A stretch of 64,000 nucleotides of DNA from Balneolaceae bacterium (GTDB lineage: Bacteria; Bacteroidota; Rhodothermia; Balneolales; Balneolaceae), in assembly GCA_041686215.1 (NCBI GenBank), contig JAWLEH010000003.1:22046-86045 (forward strand), in the 5' to 3' direction. Below are positions 50,049 through 56,751 of this stretch, one piece after another; within the stretch, counting starts at the first letter, position 1; every line of letters begins with the position of its first letter. The notes beneath the pieces were generated by a model. It saw nothing but the letters and a program-made list of their open reading frames with translations. It made no database searches and was not told the origin of the DNA. Position numbers and translations under genes: made by a program.

Positions 50049-50898
50049 TCTTAGCCAGGATGGCGATGATAACGAAGCCAATATCGAACAGGTTGGTGGT
50101 GATAACAGCGCAGAACTGAACCAGGGATTTGATAATAATGGCCATTTTCAGGGACAAAGCAACGCCTTTGGGGAAATTATCCAGGATGGGGATAAGAATT
50201 CTGCTGAGCTGAACCAGCGAGCCTGGGGTGCGGACGGTAACGAACACTCCATCGATCAGTCTGGCTATATGAACTCCGCGGATGTGGATATCTACAACGG
50301 CAATAATTTTGGTTTCCTGCTTCAGAATGGAACTGAAAACAGTGCCCGTATGGTACAGTCAGGAAGAGACAATGAGTCCCTGATTGTCCAGGAAGGTAAT
50401 GAAAACTATGCTCAAAGCAGGACAACCGGCGGTTCCGGAAACCAGACGGCTATCGTGCAGGGTGTGCCTGGAGGAGAAATGCCGCCAGAAGACGGAATCC
50501 CCTCAAATGACGGCCCGCAGCTCCAGGGTTCAGAAGTAGGTCCGCTCGTGCCATTTTCTGCGGATAATGCAGCAACACTAAAAATAGAAGGAAGCGATAA
50601 CCTGGCCGGCATTCTGCAGGTAGGTTTCAGCAACAGCGCGGGATCAAACCCACAGTGGAGCGGCGATCTTGGAATTGATGTGGTCGGCGACGGAAACATG
50701 TCCGGCATTGCTCAGATTGGCGAAATGAACGAAGCTAACATATCTGTGATGGGGAATGCAAACATGGCCGGTATTCTGCAGTTAGGTGCTGAAAACACCG
50801 CTTCTATCATGCAGGATGGATCCGGAAACAGTGCAGTGATTCTACAATCAGACGGCATGGGCGGAGGATTACCCGGCGGAGTGCCCGTTGTAGAATAA
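49972..50898 (+). CDS. secreted curlin-repeat protein, paralog 3 (bipartite, Pro/Gly-rich linker)
   Basis: 308 aa. The N-terminal half carries IEQVGGDNSAELNQ, IIQDGDKNSAELNQ, IDQSGYMNSA, LLQNGTENSARMVQSGRDNESLIVQEGNEN and AIVQ. A linker GVPGGEMPPEDGIPSNDGPQLQGSEVGPLVPF follows. The C-terminal half has a different unit (NLAGILQVGFSNSA, NMSGIAQIGEMNEA, NMAGILQLGAENTASIMQDGSGNSAVILQS) and the tail GMGGGLPGGVPVVE. Confidence 0.75.
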   Translation: MKTLLTLTTALLFTTGAAFAQSNDATLSQDGDDNEANIEQVGGDNSAELNQGFDNNGHFQGQSNAFGEIIQDGDKNSAELNQRAWGADGNEHSIDQSGYMNSADVDIYNGNNFGFLLQNGTENSARMVQSGRDNESLIVQEGNENYAQSRTTGGSGNQTAIVQGVPGGEMPPEDGIPSNDGPQLQGSEVGPLVPFSADNAATLKIEGSDNLAGILQVGFSNSAGSNPQWSGDLGIDVVGDGNMSGIAQIGEMNEANISVMGNANMAGILQLGAENTASIMQDGSGNSAVILQSDGMGGGLPGGVPVVE

Positions 50899-50913
50899 AA
50901 TAGAGAAACAGAA

Positions 50914-50965
50914 ACAGATGTAATCTGCCCGCGGTATAAAAACAGGCTGCGGGCCATCTGTTTTC
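50914..50965 (+). terminator. rho-independent terminator after curlin paralog 3
   Basis: Nested stem: acagatg (50914-50920) pairs with catctgt (50955-50961), and gcccgc (50927-50932) pairs with gcgggc (50949-50954). It is followed by tttt. Confidence 0.65.
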
Positions 50966-51008
50966 ATAACGATACAGGGATATTTATACCAGAAAAAACA
51001 GGAGACCT

Positions 51009-51830
51009 ATGATAAATCGACTGCTACATCTTTTAATACTATTGTTTGTGGGTACGGCTATTGCCACTGCACAACAGCATGACGCTGAAATTCTTCAGCT
51101 TGGCGGCGATAATAACTTCGCTGAAATCGGCCAGATGGGAGAGCTTAATTCAGCATTCATCAGCCAGGAAGCCAGTAACGATATCGCCACTATTGAACAA
51201 GCCGGTGAAAATAATCAGGCCACAGTGAAACAGGGCTTTCACCCGGAAGCGAACGGGTTCAGAACCGATGCTGAAATCATTCAAAATGGAAACCATAATG
51301 AAGCCACCATCACACAAACCGGCCGGCACGATGTCTCCGGATTTATCCATCAAACAGGCAACAACAATGTTGCACTTGTTGAGCAAGATAAAGCCGACGA
51401 TTTCAATAACGCCCGGGTAGAAGTGATTCAGACCGGAGGTGAACAAAACCTGGTGCAACAGCAGCAGGAAGACCGGGATGGAGTTTTCGGGCAGGTTCAC
51501 CAGGACGGTTCGTTTAACTTTGTGGGCCAGACACAAACCATCGGTGGCGGAGGAAACGGTCAGTTTTCTCACGTGGTAAGTAACCAGGAAGGTGACAATA
51601 ACCACGCAGAAGTGAGCCAGCACGGAGAGCTTGGCAGTGGTGAAACTCATCAATACGGGAACTATAACCAAGCATTTCTGACTCAGGAAGGAGACGAAAA
51701 CACCGGGTACATTTACCAGCATGGAATGCATAACATGGCCGCTGTCAGCCAAATAGGGAACAATAACAGCGGGTCTGTTACTCAGAATGGCGACAACAAT
51801 ACGGCCACAATTTTACAGGAAGTTAATTGA
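51009..51830 (+). CDS. secreted curlin-repeat protein, paralog 4
   Basis: 273 aa with the signal peptide MINRLLHLLILLFVGTAIATA/QQ. Repeats include ILQLGGDNNFAEIGQMGELNSAFISQ, IEQAGENNQATVKQ, IIQNGNHNEATITQTGRHD, IHQTGNNNVALVEQ, VIQTGGEQN, VSQHGELG, THQYGNYNQAFLTQEGDENTGYIYQHGMHNMAAVSQIGNNNSGSVTQNGDNNTATILQ. Confidence 0.8.
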   Translation: MINRLLHLLILLFVGTAIATAQQHDAEILQLGGDNNFAEIGQMGELNSAFISQEASNDIATIEQAGENNQATVKQGFHPEANGFRTDAEIIQNGNHNEATITQTGRHDVSGFIHQTGNNNVALVEQDKADDFNNARVEVIQTGGEQNLVQQQQEDRDGVFGQVHQDGSFNFVGQTQTIGGGGNGQFSHVVSNQEGDNNHAEVSQHGELGSGETHQYGNYNQAFLTQEGDENTGYIYQHGMHNMAAVSQIGNNNSGSVTQNGDNNTATILQEVN

Positions 51831-51863
51831 GACAAGACGTTAGGTAGGTTAGATATAAGTTAG

Positions 51864-51898
51864 ATCCGGGAGCTGTGATGGTTCCCGGATTTCTTTTT
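51864..51898 (+). terminator. rho-independent terminator after curlin paralog 4
   Basis: atccggga-gctgtgatggt-tcccggat forms a perfect 8-bp stem, followed by ttcttttt. Confidence 0.75.
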
Positions 51899-51923
51899 CA
51901 ATTTTTTAACAAACGGAGAGAAA

Positions 51924-52343
51924 ATGCGAGTGCTAAACTTTTTGATACCACTTTTATTGGGAGTTGCATCAGCAGCAGAAAGCCGTCAGGCAGAGACAAT
52001 GAGCGACCGCCACGGTAATGTAAAGGTGTTCCAGGGGATTGATGCGAATGTTGATGATTCCGTAAAACAGGCTGGTGAGGATAACAGGATTTTCCTATAC
52101 AGAGCAATACCTTCCGGCGGGTATGCGGATAGCATTGATATAAAACAAGATGGAAAAGAGAACAAAATTCTTTCATTTATCTCAGGAGAACAACCGTTTC
52201 ATCAACTGCTGAAACAGAGGGGTGATGAAAATTCTGTTCTGATTCTTCAATCATCAAAACACGACAGCACGGCACAAGACCCAAAAGGAATATCTGTGCA
52301 TCAGAAAGGAAATGGAAATCGTGTAACGATCACCCGGAATTAG
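51924..52343 (+). CDS. short, divergent curlin-like repeat protein, paralog 5 (candidate minor/nucleator subunit)
   Basis: 139 aa with the signal peptide MRVLNFLIPLLLGVASA/AE. It has four charged variants of the motif: VKQAGEDNRIFLY, IKQDGKENKILSF, LKQRGDENSVLILQ and VHQKGNGNRVTITRN. Confidence 0.5.
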   Translation: MRVLNFLIPLLLGVASAAESRQAETMSDRHGNVKVFQGIDANVDDSVKQAGEDNRIFLYRAIPSGGYADSIDIKQDGKENKILSFISGEQPFHQLLKQRGDENSVLILQSSKHDSTAQDPKGISVHQKGNGNRVTITRN

Positions 52344-52369
52344 GCAGAAGCTGACAGCGTAAACCAACA

Positions 52370-52735
52370 ATGAAAACCCACGAATTTCATATAGCCCTAT
52401 TAATGATTACGCTGGTTGCCGCCAGTGTGATCTCATACAATTATTTGAATTCAGGGAATACTCCGGGTGAAGGCAGTACATTTACTTACGAGTGCGATAT
52501 TTCAGCAAAAAAGGTTGAAGATGTATCGCCCATACATATCGAACCCCCACAGGTGTCCCGATTCTTAAAAGAAAGGGAGAAGTCTTGTGAAAAAGTGACT
52601 CGGAACATCAGGGAAAAGCTGTATATGTGTTCAGAACGTTATCGCTCATCTGATTCGGCATTACAACTATTTAAGCACGGATTTATGGGCCGAGTTCAGA
52701 ATGATAGGGAAGTATCTGCGCCCAAAAATGAATAA
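52370..52735 (+). CDS. hypothetical single-pass membrane protein in the curlin gene cluster
   Basis: 121 aa with an N-terminal TM/signal-anchor (IALLMITLVAASVISY), three Cys and a basic C-terminal half. I recognise no family. Confidence 0.35.
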   Translation: MKTHEFHIALLMITLVAASVISYNYLNSGNTPGEGSTFTYECDISAKKVEDVSPIHIEPPQVSRFLKEREKSCEKVTRNIREKLYMCSERYRSSDSALQLFKHGFMGRVQNDREVSAPKNE

Positions 52736-53359
52736 ACTAACGAAAGTAATAGCATTGAAACGGGCTTTCTCAGGGACAATTTCCAGGTTTTCAGAACGGT
52801 GAATTGTAACTCGCGGACTTTCTCTAAATCATCTCAATAAGCTGAGCTTTACTGAATAAGGAAACCAACGGAGTTGATTCAGGTATGGTAAACAGCTGTA
52901 GCGGGAAAACGGTAACACCTTGTTTCTGAATTAGATGGAATCGATTTAGCTCATCATTTCTAAATAAATTTATCCATTACTCTGATCGTATTTGAACACA
53001 GGCTATCTGTCAGGTTAATAGATTTTGGGAGACGATATTCACACAAGTTCTTTATTGAGTATTCAGAAATGTACAGTAAAAAGAGACTTACAGGAAAAGC
53101 TCTGAAATTTTCAGTAAAAAATGAGAGATTAAACTGCCGGATAAAATAACACCTGTAATATTTGGCCCATATAGCTTTCACAGATAATGCATTACTGATC
53201 TGTAAAAAAATCGGCCGTTTTTTTGATTAATAAAAAAGAGAAAAAGTCGATAAGCAAATAGAAGCCTTCAAATGCCGGGCTCAAAAAAATACGCAACTGT
53301 AGATTACCCGTTTTGGTATACCGGCATGGATAGATCATAAATCATCATCAAATGTACTT

Positions 53360-54013
53360 ATGAAGTCACGATATTTACTTATTATGACCGCTCTTTTAGC
53401 AGCGGCTGTACTCATCACCTCTTGCGCCAAGGATACCATAGAAGCAGAAACGTTTGGAAGTATTGGGGGAATTGTATTGGACGGAGAGACGGACGAGGGA
53501 ATTGTTTCTGCAAATATTACAACAACACCGGCAACCAACGCCATTTTATCTGAGAACGGCGGCCAGTTTACGCTGGAAGAAGTGCCAACGGGTAACTACA
53601 CGATTTCAGCCCGCAAAAACGGGTATAAAAACAGCTCTGTGAGTGTTGCGGTAAGAGAAGGAAAAACAGCCTCGGCATTTGTTGTGATGCAGCCGGATGA
53701 TGAAGAGCCAGACTCAACTGTAACAATGGACGAATTTGAAGCCTCTATCACCTCATGGTTTAATGATGCGGAGGGTGACAGCTCATTTGCGGATGTGAAT
53801 TACCGGGTGTCGAACAACAGTGATTCCGGGAATATCAGCGAGTATGAGGTCTATTTTGAAGTTGAAACAAATAGCGGTACCACGTTCTTTTTTGATGTGG
53901 CCGGTGAAGATCTGCGGGCTGGACAGAGCCGTAACGGGAATTTACGTGGATATATTCGGGATAATGAAGCCACAGACGTCATTATTTCCGATATATGGAT
54001 TTCTGAAAACTAA
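53360..54013 (+). CDS. lipoprotein with carboxypeptidase-regulatory-like (CarboxypepD_reg) domain, first gene of the csgEFG-type operon
   Basis: 217 aa with the lipobox LLAAAVLITSC. The block GSIGGIVLDGETDEGIVSANITTTPA...GGQFTLEEVPTGNYTISARKNGYKNSSVSVAVREGKTA is the classic CarboxypepD_reg pattern. It ends 24 nt before the CsgE-like gene. Confidence 0.6.
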   Translation: MKSRYLLIMTALLAAAVLITSCAKDTIEAETFGSIGGIVLDGETDEGIVSANITTTPATNAILSENGGQFTLEEVPTGNYTISARKNGYKNSSVSVAVREGKTASAFVVMQPDDEEPDSTVTMDEFEASITSWFNDAEGDSSFADVNYRVSNNSDSGNISEYEVYFEVETNSGTTFFFDVAGEDLRAGQSRNGNLRGYIRDNEATDVIISDIWISEN

Positions 54014-54037
54014 CCTGTACTGACCCTAATCTGCTGA

Positions 54038-54868
54038 ATGAAATGTCTATTCAACATAGTATGTGCATTTTTTCTTGTAAGCCTTTTCGGTGGAGTTGCC
54101 GTTGCGCAAGACAGTACACTCACGCAGGAGTATCCCGCTGAAATCTACATTCAGCAGTCTGATGGAGATGGAATCCTGTTCGTAAATGTTGAGCCGGACC
54201 TGGATGAAGTGTTGATTCTTAGAGAAAATAATTTTCGCCAGATTCAGCTCCGTTTTCCCGACCAGCAAAATTCGGATATGGTCAGTGAAGAAATTCAGTG
54301 GGAGGTGGCGGATGAAGAAAATGTAACCGGTGAAATTATTGAGCGTTCTGATTCTTCTGGAGGTCAGATGGAGAACCGTCTGGCTGAAATGTTAAGCGAG
54401 GCGCTACGCCGCAGCCCTGCTGATGTGTCTGAAAATAGAGATGTCCAGGCGGTGGTTGAAGATCCGGATGAGGAACAGCTTGATGAGTTTCGTGAAGCGT
54501 TCCAGGCAGTGCTTGATGAGGATAACAGTACAGAAGAAGAACCGGATCAACCCGACCCCGCCGGCTTGTTTGAAGATATTGATGGTATGGTGTTGGATGA
54601 AACAAGATCGAAAGTGGGTCGTGATTTTTACAGCGCCTTTTTCTCGGCCTGGGAAAAGCCGGATGATACCAGGAATTACATTATCCGAATTGTTGAACGA
54701 CCGGGCCCAAGCATGGCGAGTGTTGTTTCTGTTGATGTGAATTATGAAAAAATATTTGAAATGCGGCTCCATCCCGGTGATCAGCGGATCAAACAGGCCG
54801 GCGACTACGCTGTGGATGAAGTGATCTCGTACCTTGAAGAAAGAAAAGCGAACCCGTTAACTTATTAA
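54038..54868 (+). CDS. csgE: curli assembly protein CsgE-like, with ~150-aa acidic N-terminal extension
   Basis: 276 aa with a signal peptide. The C-terminal ~95 aa (GMVLDETRSKVGRDFYSAFFSAWEKPDDTRNYIIRIVERPGPSMASVVSVDVNYEKIF) is collinear with E. coli CsgE as I recall it ([55 protein letters not shown]). Confidence 0.8.
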   Translation: MKCLFNIVCAFFLVSLFGGVAVAQDSTLTQEYPAEIYIQQSDGDGILFVNVEPDLDEVLILRENNFRQIQLRFPDQQNSDMVSEEIQWEVADEENVTGEIIERSDSSGGQMENRLAEMLSEALRRSPADVSENRDVQAVVEDPDEEQLDEFREAFQAVLDEDNSTEEEPDQPDPAGLFEDIDGMVLDETRSKVGRDFYSAFFSAWEKPDDTRNYIIRIVERPGPSMASVVSVDVNYEKIFEMRLHPGDQRIKQAGDYAVDEVISYLEERKANPLTY

Positions 54869-54878
54869 TTCTGATGAT

Positions 54879-55304
54879 ATGAAACGTATCTACCTTATTG
54901 TATTGAGCAGCCTTTTTGTTGTACTGTCTTTTTCGGCGGAAAATGCAGCGGCCCAGGAAATGGTATACTCACCAAAAAATCCTGCCTTCGGAGGAAATCC
55001 CGGTAATTACAGCTGGCTTTTAAATAGTGCTGACACTCAAAATCTCTTTGAGGAATCACGGCAATCCGGGTTTCAGCGCGACCCTCTTGCCGATTTCGAA
55101 AATTCACTTCAGCGACAGGTGCTTTCGCAGCTGACGCGCGACCTGGTACGGCGTGAGTTTGGCGAAGGGGATGAGATCGAAGAGTCTCGGTTTGAGTTTG
55201 GCGAATTTAATATTGAGGTGGTACCGGGAAGCGACGGTGTGAGAATCCAGATATTTAATGTGCTTACCGGCGATGAAACCAGTGTAACGATTCCAAACTT
55301 TTAG
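54879..55304 (+). CDS. csgF: curli production assembly/transport component CsgF
   Basis: 141 aa with a signal peptide. The mature N-terminus MVYSPKNPAFGGNPGNYSWLLNSADTQN parallels E. coli [27 protein letters not shown] (from memory). Confidence 0.85.
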   Translation: MKRIYLIVLSSLFVVLSFSAENAAAQEMVYSPKNPAFGGNPGNYSWLLNSADTQNLFEESRQSGFQRDPLADFENSLQRQVLSQLTRDLVRREFGEGDEIEESRFEFGEFNIEVVPGSDGVRIQIFNVLTGDETSVTIPNF

Positions 55305-55307
55305 ATT

Positions 55308-56687
55308 ATGATACGTACTCCGCAGATTCTTTTATTCAGCCTGATCGCCGCGTTTGTTCTGAACGGTTGCTCGGGTACCATGAAACCGATGCATACCGAA
55401 CGGGCAACGTTTGGAACCGTCAGCGAGGTATATCCGCAGCTGAAAGAACTTCCTGAACCAGAAGAAAAAATTGTAGCTGCAGTCTACCGGTTTCGCGATC
55501 AAACCGGGCAGTATAAGCCGTCGGACCGTGTGGCGAGCTGGTCAACCGCGGTAACACAGGGGGCTACATCCATCCTGATGAAGTCAATGGAAGAATCGGG
55601 CTGGTTTGTGCCGATTGAACGGGAAAGTATATCAAACCTGCTGAATGAACGGCAGATTATCCAGAATATTCGCCAGCAGCATTCTGGTCCGCAGGGCCCG
55701 CAACAGCTTCCACCCCTTCTTTTTGCAGGTGTGATGCTGGAAGGCGGTATTGTAGGCTACGATACGAACGTGATTACCGGCGGAGTTGGAGCGCGTTACC
55801 TGGGTTCAGGCGGGTCCGGGCAATACCGAAAAGACCAGGTTACTATTTACCTGCGGGCAGTTTCCACACAAAGCGGACGTGTTCTGAAAACTGTACATAC
55901 TACGAAGTCGATCATTTCGCAACAGCTTGAAAGCGGAGTTTTTCGGTTTATTGATACAAACCGGCTGCTTGAAGCCGAAGCCGGATATACCTACAATGAA
56001 CCCCCGGTGATGGCTGTAACCGAAGCCATTGACGAAGCCGTGAAACAGTTGATTTTGGAGGGAGTTGAAGAGGACATTTGGTCGCCGCAAAACCCGGACG
56101 AAATCCTGGCATATCGCGAACGGTTTAATTTCAAGAAACAGAAAGAGGAACAGCTTCAGCGGGATTATTTTGGCCTGATTGAGCAGGAAGATCTTCGGGG
56201 CGGCTGGTCGGTTTCTGCAAATGGCTTGATGGGATCAGTCATCGGAAATTATAATAACCCGGATATGAACCCCGGAGTTGGGCTGCAGTTCGAAAAAGGC
56301 CTCACAAGATATTTTTCGATGAAGCTTGGCGGTCAGAGGACCCAAATCAGCGCCCCGGACGCCTTTTCAAGCCCGGTAAATGCGGCTGATCTATTGCTAA
56401 ACGTGTATGCAGCTCCCGGCCATGTATTTTCGCCTTACTTCTCTGCAGGAGGCGGTGCGTTTATCTACGATCAAAACCATCCGGATCTGGAAGATCAGGT
56501 TCTCCCGTTCATGGGAGTTGAAGCCGGTATTGATTACCGTTTCAATAAACAGTTTGGTGCTCGCATCAGCTCAACCTATCGATACCTGCTAACTGACGGC
56601 CTGGATGGTATTTCTATGGGGAAATATAATGATCAGCACTGGGGTGTGAACCTGGGAGTTACGTATCAGCCTGCGTTTTTGAGGTGA
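55308..56687 (+). CDS. csgG: curli secretion channel lipoprotein CsgG, fused to an extra C-terminal beta-barrel-like domain
   Basis: 459 aa with the lipobox FVLNGCSG. Residues ~50-265 are collinear with E. coli CsgG: VYRFRDQTGQYKP, STAVTQGATSILMKSMEESGWFVPIERE, NLLNERQII, MLEGGIVGYDTNVITGGVGARYLG, SGVFRFID, GYTYNEP. E. coli CsgG is about 277 aa, so roughly 185 extra C-terminal residues remain. Confidence 0.9.
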   Translation: MIRTPQILLFSLIAAFVLNGCSGTMKPMHTERATFGTVSEVYPQLKELPEPEEKIVAAVYRFRDQTGQYKPSDRVASWSTAVTQGATSILMKSMEESGWFVPIERESISNLLNERQIIQNIRQQHSGPQGPQQLPPLLFAGVMLEGGIVGYDTNVITGGVGARYLGSGGSGQYRKDQVTIYLRAVSTQSGRVLKTVHTTKSIISQQLESGVFRFIDTNRLLEAEAGYTYNEPPVMAVTEAIDEAVKQLILEGVEEDIWSPQNPDEILAYRERFNFKKQKEEQLQRDYFGLIEQEDLRGGWSVSANGLMGSVIGNYNNPDMNPGVGLQFEKGLTRYFSMKLGGQRTQISAPDAFSSPVNAADLLLNVYAAPGHVFSPYFSAGGGAFIYDQNHPDLEDQVLPFMGVEAGIDYRFNKQFGARISSTYRYLLTDGLDGISMGKYNDQHWGVNLGVTYQPAFLR

Positions 56688-56751
56688 TGAATACATATCC
56701 CTTTAAGAGTTGAAGTTGAGCACATTTTCTGTGCGTGAACCGGCGAGGGGG

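Noticed and set aside
52960-53181. 73-aa minus-strand ORF in the spacer of the curli locus, and ORFs 58859-59113, 58983-59183 and 59157-59354 in the next large intergenic region.
   Set aside because: They have AT-rich, low-complexity translations (runs of F/I/L/Y/N/K), no signal or motif, and overlap each other or a neighbouring gene end. They are most likely non-coding.
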